From Candidatus Eremiobacteria bacterium (GTDB lineage Bacteria > Vulcanimicrobiota > Vulcanimicrobiia > Vulcanimicrobiales > Vulcanimicrobiaceae): a stretch of 64,000 nucleotides of DNA. Position 1 is the first letter of the stretch. Each line of letters opens with the position of its first letter. Made by a program: the position numbers and the translations under genes. Below, piece after piece: positions 35,778 to 45,941 of the stretch. The notes under the pieces were generated by a model. It saw nothing but the letters and a program-made list of their open reading frames with translations. It ran no database searches and was not told where the DNA came from. Location of the stretch: contig CAVTRC010000001.1 in NCBI GenBank assembly GCA_963737065.1, positions 1,056,001 through 1,120,000 of the forward strand. The letters are read 5' to 3'.

Positions 35778-36950
35778 CGAAAAGCGCAGACGCACATTCG
35801 GACGTTTACGAGGCGGCCCTTGCGCTGTTGCGTGCGATCGCGGAAGACCCGATGCTGCGTCCGTCGCATCGCCTGCAGGCGCGGCAGCAGCTCCGAAAGT
35901 TGTTGCAGCCTAAACCTGACGACAGCGATGCGAGCGCGAGCGCGTGACGGACAGCCGCAGAAGGGCAGCTCCAGATTGATTACACTAGTTGTTGAGCGTC
36001 GGCATGCCCGCCATGCTGCCGTGGGCCTTTGACCACGGCATGGCGCAGCACATATCCCCGCCATCAGCAAATTCCTGGGGGCTGTCGATCGGAAGCGCCT
36101 TATCGGCGGGCGGCCCCCAGGTGACGCTTTGTGGTCAAAGAAAGCCAGCATTGCGCTGCCCGGCGATTGCGCCCGATGGTCGCATCCGACAAAGCCTCGC
36201 TCTGAGGTGATCGGCGCACGCCAAATTCTCTGTGAAGAATCACCCGGCTGGCATTGCGGCAACTCCATGAGATGTTCCATCCCCTCCGGACTTCTTGGCC
36301 GAGGTCCTGGTATGAAGCCGCAGTGTCCTCCCGACCAGAAACTATCGGAAGCGCAGCGTCGTGAGGCCGAGCGCGCACAGCGGCGTTTGGTCAGTCTCCA
36401 GACCGCGCTGGTCATCGCGCGTGGCCAGGAGATACTGGGGCGGGCGCGCGCAGTTTCGAGCGATGTGCGCCAGCACCTAAATCGGCTACAACAGCAAGGC
36501 TACCTGAACTGAATCCGGGCAGACCGGAACCGGATTGCCGGGCACGCCGCGCAGCGCCGGGGAAGACCCGCGACGCGTCCCGTGGCGTCCAAGCCCGGTT
36601 TTCGCAGAGCCAGCATTGCGCCCTGCGGTGATTGTGTCCGAACCCCGCCCCGCTAGATTCCCCGCATGTCCAAGCCTCCGCGTATCGTCACGGCCCGCCC
36701 GCCGAGCCGGATCAAGCGCCCGAAGGCCCAGGCCGCTGCTGTGGAGCCCAAGCCCGGGCAGTGGTGAGAGCCGGCCGGCGCTGTGATCGCGGCACTCACT
36801 CGCTTGTCCCGCTTCCGAAAGCTGTCTAACCGTTGGACATCTTGCGGAAACGCACTATGCGCAACCGTTTGCGGGAAGCGGGTCATCAGGGCGGCGGCCC
36901 CGCGCGAGCACATGTTCGCTCGGTCTCTGTCAAAGCGAGTGGGATTGCAG

Positions 36951-37931
36951 ATGCCTGTTCCTCGCCACACCAAAAATACCGATGCTGGACGGGCGGATGC
37001 CACTCGGAGATTGGACATTCCGGCGTCGGCCCGACCTTGCCGTTTGGCCTGGATCGACGCGACGGGGATTGGTGCGATCCACTTGATCGCACTGCTTGCG
37101 TTCGTGCCCTGGTTCTTTAGTTGGACCGGAGTAGTCCTGGCACTTCTGGGACTCTATGTATTCGGCACGCTCGGGATCAGCCTATGCTTTCATCGTATGC
37201 TGACCCACCGCAGCGTCGTCTGCCCAATATGGTTCGAACACTCCCTTGCCATCCTTGGTTTGTGCTGTGTCCAGGACACCCCGGCTCGCTGGGTCGGCAT
37301 ACACCGGCGGCATCACGAGCATGCCGATGAACAGCCGGACCCTCATAGTCCGCTTGCTGGCTTCCTTTGGGCGCATCTCGGTTGGATGATCTTCAGAAAC
37401 CGAGATATAACCCGCATCAGGTTGGTCACGCGCTATGCCAAGGACGTTATGCGGGACCCTTTCTACGCCAAGCTGGAGCAGAACTTCCGCTGGGTCCGGG
37501 TGGTACTGATCTCATGGTTGGGTTTCTTTGCCGGTGCGTTCCTCGTTGAACTGGTTCTAGGGAGCAGCGCGCTGGGCGCAATTCAATTCGGCCTCAGCGT
37601 GCTGATCTGGGGCGTATTCGTTCGCACGATTCTCGTTTGGCACATCACCTGGTCCGTCAATTCTGTGACGCATATGTGGGGCTATCGCAACTACGAAACC
37701 GGTGAATCCAGTCGCAACAATCTGATCATTGGCTTCCTCAGCAACGGCGAAGGCTGGCACAACAATCATCATGCCGCCCCGCGTTCGGCGCGCTTCGGTC
37801 ATCGGTGGTGGGAATTGGACACGACGTGGTTAACGATCCGACTTTTCTCTGCACTTGGCCTCGCGCGGAAGATCGTAACGCCATATCCTTCACTTGCAAT
37901 CACAAGGGACGTGGATCGGCATGGCGTTTAA
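36951..37931 (+). CDS. Delta-9 acyl-CoA/acyl-lipid desaturase (element cargo)
   Basis: His boxes HRMLTH, HRRHH, GEGWHNNHH; DPHSP, VNSVTH. Confidence 0.93.
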   Translation: MPVPRHTKNTDAGRADATRRLDIPASARPCRLAWIDATGIGAIHLIALLAFVPWFFSWTGVVLALLGLYVFGTLGISLCFHRMLTHRSVVCPIWFEHSLAILGLCCVQDTPARWVGIHRRHHEHADEQPDPHSPLAGFLWAHLGWMIFRNRDITRIRLVTRYAKDVMRDPFYAKLEQNFRWVRVVLISWLGFFAGAFLVELVLGSSALGAIQFGLSVLIWGVFVRTILVWHITWSVNSVTHMWGYRNYETGESSRNNLIIGFLSNGEGWHNNHHAAPRSARFGHRWWELDTTWLTIRLFSALGLARKIVTPYPSLAITRDVDRHGV

Positions 37932-38116
37932 CCCCCTACCGGCGTCCATTCTTTTTGCGTGATATGCATCAAACGTGGTAGCCCGCGCTGAAATCAAGAA
38001 TTAGTAGCAGGCGGTTTAACGTAGTTGATGATTGCCGCTCCGGCCGCTCGTGGCGTAGTGTTCCTCGCAACAATGCAAGAAGTGCCTTAGCGTCTACCCA
38101 GTCGAGGAGATTCAGC

Positions 38117-38620
38117 ATGCATAGTCACCTGAACGTTTGCGGCGTCGCGACCGCCGCTGTAGCGCTTTCGGTAATCTTGCCAGCCGCTTTGGCGCAAGGG
38201 AGCACTTTTACATCCACTTGTCAGGAGATACGTAGCGGCGCGCCCGGGCCGCGCGGAGATCGCGAAGGCGATTTGATCTCGGTTGAGCAGGATCGTTGTC
38301 ACGTTGATTCAGGCCCGCTGATCGGAGGCGTCTTGGTCGAAGCAATTATTTGGGAATGGGACAAGACGAAGACGAACGCCGTTCTGCTCTCAGGCAGCGG
38401 CGTCATCCGCAAACCGGGTTCAACGGTAGCCTTTCAGATCACAGAGGGGAAGCTCGCGGTGACGATCACCGACGGCAAAGTCACCGGCGCCACAAGTTCG
38501 GGTCGAGGCAACGACGGGGTAGCAACTGGCGGCGCCGCATCGCTGGCTGGCAAATCGTATACTTGGTCGACAAAGTCAACTGGAAGATTACAGTTTGTGC
38601 TCGATGTCGAGATGGAGTAG
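38117..38620 (+). CDS. Hypothetical secreted beta-rich protein
   Basis: GAGGAG RBS, signal peptide. Confidence 0.7.
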   Translation: MHSHLNVCGVATAAVALSVILPAALAQGSTFTSTCQEIRSGAPGPRGDREGDLISVEQDRCHVDSGPLIGGVLVEAIIWEWDKTKTNAVLLSGSGVIRKPGSTVAFQITEGKLAVTITDGKVTGATSSGRGNDGVATGGAASLAGKSYTWSTKSTGRLQFVLDVEME

Positions 38621-38699
38621 CGCGGGCGCGGCCGGCGTTCCGTCGAAACCGGTCGCCCATGCTGATTGCCGCGGCTGCATGCCCCGCCTTCTGAGATGC

Positions 38700-39771
38700 T
38701 CATCCTGATGCCGACCAGGGCAGGAGCACGATCTTGCCCCCGAGCCCTCCGGCATCAATGCGGGCATGGACCTCCTGCGCAGCAGTGAGCGGCAAGCGAT
38801 CAACGACGACAGGGTGGATGGCGCCACCCACGCAGCAAATCGAAGAGCGTGGCCATGTCGGCCTTGAACTCTTCTGGCTGCGACGAGCGCCTGTCGGTGA
38901 TGCTATACCATGTTGCGCGACGGCCACCCAACAGGGTGCCCAGTGCGCCCCAGAGTTTGAGACGAGCCAAACCCAGCCCGGCGGCAAGCAAGCCTTCTCG
39001 CCCGATTGCCATCGTTTGCGATCCATAGCCGACGAGTAAGCCGCCAGGTGCGAGACAAGCGAAAGAGCGGCCGAAGTGCGTCCCTCCGATCGCGTCAAAG
39101 GCGACATCGACGCCGTTTCCCCCCTCGCGCCCTGACGTGAGCCGGCGCACGGATGCGACGAAGTCGCCGGCCCGATAGTCAACCGCGGTAGCACCGAAGC
39201 GCTCGACCACAGACATGTTGATGGCCGAGCACGTCCCTATCGCCATGAGGCCAAGGTGCCGTGCAAGATCGAGTAGTGCGGTGCCGACCGTTCCCGATGC
39301 GCCGATCACGAGGATCATCGCTCCTGGCCGCAAGCGCTTGCAGCGGGTCAGCATCTGGAATGCGGTGAGATAGGCGAGCGGAATGCAAACCGCCTCAGCG
39401 GAATCCACGCTATCCGGAACCGGCACGAGAAAGCGCGCTGGGCGGATTGCATACTGTGCGTATCCGCCGGTAACGCAGAGATCGGCGACCAACTGACCTT
39501 CCGTCGGCGAAACAACGCCGGGGCCTGCTTTCTCGACGACGCCCACGAGTTCGCAGCCCGGCGTGAACGGCAGCGGTCCCTTGAAGTCCGGGTAACGGCC
39601 GCGGCGTATGAAACTATCGGTAAAGCCGGTTCCAGCGGCGATGACCTTGATGCGAACCTCGCCGGGACCTCATCCTCCCCTTCGGACCGGGGTCGGGAAT
39701 GCTCGGCTGTTCCGCCATCTCCAGGACCTCGGGACCCCGAACCGAGCGATACGAATGTGTTGCCACGACAT
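38700..39771 (-). pseudogene. MDR family oxidoreductase, several frameshifts
   Basis: GGPEVLE, PFTPG, GGYAQY, IGASGTVG, FDAIGG, GKIVL across frames. Confidence 0.85.
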
Positions 39772-40364
39772 GATCACACCATAAGAAGGATCGATCTTGG
39801 ACAGGTGATCGCCATTGCAGGCAGCTATTCGACCACGGACAAGCCGTCGATGAAAAGGTCATCGCCTGTGCAGAAATGGTTGGTTAATCCCCGATCAGGA
39901 CTGCACCGATGCGGTGAAATCTCGCCGCACAAACTGCCGGGTCCGCCGTGATTTCGCCTGGCCGCGATCCTGTGCGCCGCCATGATGGCGACGAGCGTTG
40001 AGAGCTAAGTCTCTGACAAACCAGTTAGAACTAAACCGATATGGCGGAAGGTATATCCGTCATCACCGAGATCGGCGCTGTCACTGCGGCGCCGTTTGCC
40101 GGCGGGCGGCGCGATCCGTTCATCGTATCCGTCGCGCGGCTGTTCCCGGACCGCGACACGGCAGTCGCCAGCAAGCGGGCCGGCACATGAGAATGCCAGC
40201 AGTTCTCGTGCTGGCGCTGGGCGTGGCTTCCATGGTGCTGCTGCTGGCGCCCGTGCTGTTCCTACAGACCGCGCTACCGGCCGCGCCAGAACTCGGCCAT
40301 CTTTTCCGCGCGCCGCACAGGGCGATCGCGTGCAGCAGCACACCAGCGACGAAAGGGCGGGCGG

Positions 40365-40742
40365 GTGAAGCCACATGATAGGCTTCGTGAGCTGATGGAG
40401 GATCGCGGGCTCACACAAGCCGAATTGGCACGCCTGGTCGGCACGACACGTCAGCAGATTTATAGGTTCGCCACCGGACAACTGCGGATCAGCCCAGAAT
40501 GGGCTGAGAAGATGGCGCCTCATCTCGGCGTTCGGTGGCAGGACATCTTTGATCGGGCGGCGAAGAAAGAGCCGGCCCGGCAGACGGTGCCCCACACTCG
40601 GCGCGTCGTGCAGATAGCGTCCGTCAAAGCGTCTTTTCTCGTCGCCCTGTGCGACGATGGCACGATTTGGTTCACGACCTCCCCGGACGGCCCATGGAAG
40701 CCGTTCTCCCTCCCGCCAGGAGCCAAGCCGTCCCATGAGTAG
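40365..40742 (+). CDS. XRE-family HTH protein
   Basis: RLRELMEDRGLTQAELARLVGTTRQQIYR. Confidence 0.85.
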   Translation: MKPHDRLRELMEDRGLTQAELARLVGTTRQQIYRFATGQLRISPEWAEKMAPHLGVRWQDIFDRAAKKEPARQTVPHTRRVVQIASVKASFLVALCDDGTIWFTTSPDGPWKPFSLPPGAKPSHE

Positions 40743-41154
40743 GGGCATCCGCCCATACGGCGGCCTGTTCGTCGGCCGCCGTCGCCCCCGCATCTACGGC
40801 GGCCTGTATCTGCGCCTGCCCGGCGGCGGCGCGCTCGGCATGAATTACCATGGCCGGGTGTGGTTCAAGCAGTCGTTCTGCCGCACCCGTGGCGGCTCCC
40901 GCACCACGCGCATCGTAGGCGCCGCCGTGCTAATGGCGATCCTGCTGGCGCTGCTGGCGGTGGCGCTTGCCCTCTCGGCGCCCGCTGCCGAGACGACCTG
41001 CTACGAGGCGACCTTGCCTGGCTCCGAGCCATACGAGGCGGCGCGCAATCAGGCCGAGCTGCCGGTGCAGCAGGACGAGCGCGAGGAGCGGGCGGCGGCG
41101 TTGTACTGGGCGTGCCGGGAGGGGCAGGGCGGGTGGGATTATCCGACAAAATAA
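40735..41154 (+). CDS. Hypothetical membrane protein
   Basis: Central TM segment; coupled to both XRE genes. Confidence 0.45.
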   Translation: MSRGIRPYGGLFVGRRRPRIYGGLYLRLPGGGALGMNYHGRVWFKQSFCRTRGGSRTTRIVGAAVLMAILLALLAVALALSAPAAETTCYEATLPGSEPYEAARNQAELPVQQDEREERAAALYWACREGQGGWDYPTK

Positions 41155-41468
41155 GGACCAGTCGAAACGCGGCCGGCCTCACGCAAAGGGAAGTTGCCAG
41201 GCAAATGCGGGTGTCGCCGAGCGCTGTGGCCCAGTGGGAGAGCGGCGACACTAAGCCTAAGATGACCACGCGGGCCGATTTGGCGCGGGTGCTTAGCGTT
41301 CATTTCCTGGATTTGCTCCCCGAAAGTGCTGAGGTCGGGGACGGGCTGCTTGTCCGAGGCAAAGAAGAACAAGCGTTGGTGCAGATGTTCAGGCGACTGC
41401 CTGAACAAGTGCGTTCGACAACCCTGGCGTTGCTCGCCGCGATCTTGGACGAGCTGAACTCCCGCTAG
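41133..41468 (+). CDS. XRE-family HTH repressor
   Basis: KIRTSRNAAGLTQREVARQMRVSPSAVAQWESG. Confidence 0.85.
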   Translation: MGLSDKIRTSRNAAGLTQREVARQMRVSPSAVAQWESGDTKPKMTTRADLARVLSVHFLDLLPESAEVGDGLLVRGKEEQALVQMFRRLPEQVRSTTLALLAAILDELNSR

Positions 41469-41884
41469 CGACCTCCCCGCCACCAGCGACGGAACCGACC
41501 GCGGCGACGAATGACCCGCCGTTCCGCCTCCAGGGTCTCGATCCTGGCCAGTAGTCGATCACGCTCGGCCCGCAGGTCAGTAACATGGCCCTCTAAAGCC
41601 TTGATCGTGGCCGATTGTCCGCTCCCGACATCGCGCCTGATATCGGGGCCGGCAGCATCCCCGGCGTCGCGCCCGGCATCATGGTTGACAACATCCCCGG
41701 CGTCGGCCCTGACGGCATCCAGGGCAGCTTGAGGCACGCCCACCCGGGCGCGGCCATCATTGCCCGGTTGTCGGGGCCAACGGGCACGGGCTGCCCTCCG
41801 ACGCACGCTGGCACCGCTGATCTTCAAAGCGGCGGCTGCATCATCGTACGTCATCCACCTGCGATCGACCCCGTCGTCATTCAT
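41465..41884 (-). CDS. Plasmid-type HTH plus coiled-coil protein
   Basis: WMTYDDAAAALKIS..VRRRA..WPRQPGNDG, C-terminal coiled coil ending RRWW. Confidence 0.65.
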   Translation of the reverse strand: MNDDGVDRRWMTYDDAAAALKISGASVRRRAARARWPRQPGNDGRARVGVPQAALDAVRADAGDVVNHDAGRDAGDAAGPDIRRDVGSGQSATIKALEGHVTDLRAERDRLLARIETLEAERRVIRRRGRFRRWWRGGR

Positions 41885-41934
41885 GTCGTCGGCGCCTGAC
41901 AGCTTGAATTGCGTCGGGGCAAGGCGGGACGTGC

Positions 41935-42261
41935 TCACGAAGGTGAGAGATGGGGCGCGATTTGAGCCAGATCAAGCCGGCTGGCGCCGGTGGGGAGGAT
42001 GGCGCAGCCAGTAAGTGGATAAACTTGCAGGATGGTTGCAATGCAGAAGCACCCAGCCGACACGGCGGCAAAGGTCGCGGCCCGCTTGTTAAGCCTCATA
42101 GAGGTGCCCAAGGCGGTGAAGAACGGGTGATCTGAAGGATAGTCGATAATGTAGGTCACGAAGGGCGGTAATCTGACCGCCGCAGACTGATACCACTTCC
42201 ACGCGGCGAGCCCCGCCGTCAGTGCACTGGCAAGATTTAGCAAGAAGATAAGCGTCGCCAT
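41935..42261 (-). CDS. Small hypothetical membrane protein
   Basis: Two hydrophobic segments. Confidence 0.5.
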   Translation of the reverse strand: MATLIFLLNLASALTAGLAAWKWYQSAAVRLPPFVTYIIDYPSDHPFFTALGTSMRLNKRAATFAAVSAGCFCIATILQVYPLTGCAILPTGASRLDLAQIAPHLSPS

Positions 42262-42279
42262 TCCAAACCGGGGGCAACG

Positions 42280-42756
42280 CTAGGCCGACTTCCGGAGCCG
42301 GCGGGCCTCGGCAAGATCGATCAGGTTCAGGGGTGGAGCAGCAGCCTGGGCGGTCTCGCGTTCCGGCCCGGCCAGACGGGTGCTGATCCGCGGATTGACC
42401 TTGAAGCGCGGAGGGTAGCCCGGCCGTTTCTCCCGCAAGAGGGCGTTGAGATCGATCAACTCTGTCCGGATGCGTGAGACCTCCCGCACGTTGATACCGG
42501 CCGCCGTGGCGAGGTCTTGCCGCTCGATGTGGACGTAGCCCTCACGGTCGCTGGCATCCAACAGCAGCGCCCAGATAACCGCGGCAGCCTTGGGGTAGCG
42601 GGAGTGCCGGGCGATCCACGCATGCACGGCAGCGTTCTGGGTCGTGTCTATCATTGAGAAACGCCACCGGGGGGTGATGCGCGGCGGTGATATCGTAAGG
42701 CCGGGCATTGTGGATATCCAGGCACAGTTTGCATCCCGAGTGTCCGGGGATTGCAT
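42280..42756 (-). CDS. Winged-HTH protein, RepL-like plasmid replication/maintenance candidate; start uncertain
   Basis: RQDLATAAGINVREVSRIRTEL HTH followed by FKVNP. Confidence 0.55.
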   Translation of the reverse strand: MQSPDTRDANCAWISTMPGLTISPPRITPRWRFSMIDTTQNAAVHAWIARHSRYPKAAAVIWALLLDASDREGYVHIERQDLATAAGINVREVSRIRTELIDLNALLREKRPGYPPRFKVNPRISTRLAGPERETAQAAAPPLNLIDLAEARRLRKSA

Positions 42757-43381
42757 TTATGCTGGCGAATTTCCGCCAAGTTGAGAAGACATAGAATTTC
42801 AGACAAGAGAAACCCCCTTTTGTAGTTTTCCCCCAAATCGGTGGGCAGTTCGGCATCGAATGACGACGCTGGCGACGCCGCAACACGCCTGCTACGGATT
42901 GTGGTGATGGCCGACCTCGCCCGACGCCCGCTGAAGGAAGCGGCAACCGCCCATAGCGGCCCCATCCCGCAATCCTTCCCTCCCGGTTTCATCGGCACGC
43001 TGCCGGAGGGCACACAGTGCACTTGCACCTGCTGTGGCGCATCACTGTGGTGGTTGGATCCACGGCGCGCGACCATCGTGAGATGCGTCGTGTGCTATCC
43101 GCCGCCAGCGGGTGTGGAATGGGTCGAGACCGCGGTGGCTCGGTAACGACGCACGGCGCTAGGGCTTCTTCCCACGCATCCGTTCCAACTGGTCCCACAC
43201 TTCCGCCCGGAGCTCCCCATCGGTGCATTTTTCGGCATCGGAAAAGCTGTTGGTGGCGACGCCGGCGCGTGCGCTATGAAGCGAAGGCGCGGCTAGGTCC
43301 GGCCGACCGAAACGCTCTGTCTCCTACCAGGGCTGCCGCGCCACCCTTCAGGTAGGAAGAAGCGCTGTAGGAGGCGCGCCA

Positions 43382-44074
43382 TTGGACCAAGAACGTCTTA
43401 ACGGCGCGGGCCCACTGCCCGAGACCGAACCTGCGCGGGCATCAGGGCAAGCCACAGCGACAGCCTACGCCAGGCTACGGCAGGCCCTCACCGATGCCCG
43501 GAGAGACTATCCGACCGACGATCAACGCCTGGTCCGCGCCGCGCTCAGCCTTCTGGCTGTCCTGAAATTCCTTGAGCACGATGCGACGATTGCCCCGGCA
43601 GGATTAGACCGCGAGCTATGGAACCTATTGGCGGCGGTGAAGGATATCGATGCGGGCGCCGGCTCGACTTGGCTGGATCCACATAAACCCCCACACAAGC
43701 CGCCACTTCGTGTGGCTCAGAAAAGTATCCGCGATACAGCAGCGATTGCCATGCACGAACTTATGGCCGGCGGCCTTCAAAAGGCTGCGGCAGCGCAAAA
43801 AGTTGCCAGATCGATGATTACCGGAAACTTGAAATTGACCAGCGACCGTAAAGGCGGCGTTACGCCTCTTTGGCATAGGGTCGCTGCCTGGCGCGACGAA
43901 CGGCCGCAGCCGCACACGCAAGAGACCGCGTGGCCGGAACTCAGGCTTTGGCGAGCGACCTATAAGCAGGAAACCGGCTGCGACGGGACGCCATCGGGGC
44001 GGGCGGAATATCTTTTGCGCATGTTGCAGGGGGGATTGGTTAAGAAACTGAAATCGAAAAAGACCCCGTCTTAA
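43382..44074 (+). CDS. Hypothetical protein
   Basis: AGGAGG RBS, 230-aa ORF upstream of the AlpA-like gene. Confidence 0.6.
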   Translation: MDQERLNGAGPLPETEPARASGQATATAYARLRQALTDARRDYPTDDQRLVRAALSLLAVLKFLEHDATIAPAGLDRELWNLLAAVKDIDAGAGSTWLDPHKPPHKPPLRVAQKSIRDTAAIAMHELMAGGLQKAAAAQKVARSMITGNLKLTSDRKGGVTPLWHRVAAWRDERPQPHTQETAWPELRLWRATYKQETGCDGTPSGRAEYLLRMLQGGLVKKLKSKKTPS

Positions 44075-44149
44075 TCCGACCGACCGCGCTCTAGCTGATT
44101 AGCCGCGACATGGCGGGGATTGTCCCGCCGCCTCGCGGAGCTCAGTTTC

Positions 44150-44380
44150 ATGTCAGACATCGCTCACGACCCGGACGTGGAGGGGCTGCTCACGTCCGAA
44201 CAGGTCCGCGCCCGGTTCGGCAACATCAGCGAGGTCACACTCGGCCGCTGGTTGAGGGACGCGCGGGTCGCGTTCCCGAGGCCCGACGTTGTCGTCCACT
44301 ACCGCAGGTTCTGGCGCCCGGAAACGATTAGGGCGTTCGAATTACGCTCTGCTCCGCCTCGTGGCGGGGAGGCGGCGTGA
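44150..44380 (+). CDS. AlpA/excisionase-like HTH protein
   Basis: LLTSEQVRARFGNISEVTLGRW..FPRP..RRFW. Confidence 0.8.
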   Translation: MSDIAHDPDVEGLLTSEQVRARFGNISEVTLGRWLRDARVAFPRPDVVVHYRRFWRPETIRAFELRSAPPRGGEAA

Positions 44381-44553
44381 AATGCGCTTGCCCTATATCC
44401 TCTTGGACCTGGCCGGGCGTGTTCGGGAATGCCACCCGCTAGCCGCTGAACAGTCGGCGCCGCTCAAGTTTTGCGGCCGCAACGATGTGCTCGCGCTACC
44501 TATCACGTACATCGAGGCGAACGCGCTAGCCGAGATTTCGGCGGAGGCCGACC

Positions 44554-44907
44554 GTGAGTAAAGCCTCGCGCGACAAGGGCCAACGCACCGAACGCGGCAT
44601 CGTCGCCAAACACCAAGAACTTGGCGTCACCTGCGAACGCGTCCCGCTCAGCGGTGGCACTCGATACCAAGGTAACGGTGGCGACATCGACATCGAGATC
44701 GCCGGGCGAACACTGCACGGCGAAATCAAGGCGCGCGGCAATGGCGGCGGGTTCGCCACTATCGAACGATGGCTCAGTGGCAATGACCTGTTGTTCCTGA
44801 AACGAGACCGCCAGGAGCCGCTAGTCGTGCTCGCGTGGCGCACTTGGCGAAGTCTCATGCAGGAATTCTCTCACTTCACATCACCAACACATGGAGACAA
44901 CCAGTGA
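44554..44907 (+). CDS. Hjc-type (PD-D/ExK) Holliday junction resolvase
   Basis: SRDKGQRTER, RVPLSG, GDI..EIKAR, DLLFLKRDR. Confidence 0.75.
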   Translation: MSKASRDKGQRTERGIVAKHQELGVTCERVPLSGGTRYQGNGGDIDIEIAGRTLHGEIKARGNGGGFATIERWLSGNDLLFLKRDRQEPLVVLAWRTWRSLMQEFSHFTSPTHGDNQ

Positions 44908-45423
44908 CGCTTTTCACAAAGCGCGCGCGCAGGCGGCCGTTCCTGACGTGCAACAGCAAGGCCAAGACGTTGTGCCACCAGGTGCCGGATTACGATACCG
45001 GCGGTTGGACCGATCAGGTTATCGAGCCGCCGTTCCGGTTCCTCTTTAACTACGGCAACGTCGAGCATGGCGGGACGGTATTCCAGCCGGCGTTCCAACG
45101 GGTGACGGGGCCGTGGTCAGAGCCGTCGATTGAGGGTCCGGACGGCGGGCAGGTACACGATCCTGGCCCCCGTGTATGCACCGGAACTCGGTTATTATGA
45201 TCTCCCGTTCACCGGCGGTTACGGGATCGGCGTCGCTGAGCGTCTGCTGAACGAAATCGAGGCGTCGCCCGAATGCGCCCGGGGCCTTGAGCCGGTAATC
45301 GATTTCACCGGATGGAGAGACAACTCGCCGAAGGGTGGGCCGGGCAAGGGTCAGGTATTCGGTTCGCTGATATTAGTGATCGTTGGCTGGATGCCGCGCC
45401 CACCATTCTTCGAGCCGCGATGA
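44904..45423 (+). CDS. Hypothetical phage protein, frameshifted near 45140
   Basis: Two overlapping ORFs (from GTG 44904 and 45130-45423) in operon context. Confidence 0.4.
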
Positions 45424-45590
45424 AATCCAGTTCCGAAGCCTATGCAAGCGTTGACGTTCTCCGGCGGCCAGTCGGCGATGGCGTTCAACGAGGCGTCGCT
45501 CGTGCTCGCAGCCGTGCCGTCGAAAGTGGCACCGAAGGGTGGCGGCGAGATCATTGATGACGTCTTGCCGTTCGGTCCGGAGGTGCGGCG

Positions 45591-45893
45591 ATGCCCGACT
45601 TCCTGTTCGAGACGCCACCAACCGAATTGCCGGACATCTTCGATACCTTGTTGAAGGCGTCCTACCGGCTGAGTGGACCGTCCGATGATCAGCAAATGCC
45701 GGGTTCCGAAGAATACCGGTTACTGGCAATGATCGCCGAGCAAGTCGATACCTGGCGGTGTGGCGGCAATTGGGAACAGTCCATTCACGGCGGCCCGTGG
45801 AAGCCTATAGCTGCTGCTTTCCTGCGCAACCTTGCCGAAACGCTAGGCTTGGCAGCCGACATGCTGGACGAAGTTACACCCCCAACCAGGTAA
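45591..45893 (+). CDS. Hypothetical protein
   Basis: GGAGG RBS, ATG start. Confidence 0.5.
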   Translation: MPDFLFETPPTELPDIFDTLLKASYRLSGPSDDQQMPGSEEYRLLAMIAEQVDTWRCGGNWEQSIHGGPWKPIAAAFLRNLAETLGLAADMLDEVTPPTR

Positions 45894-45941
45894 GCACTTG
45901 CAAAGAAATCCGGACGGTTGCCGCCGTCCGGAGTAAATTTG

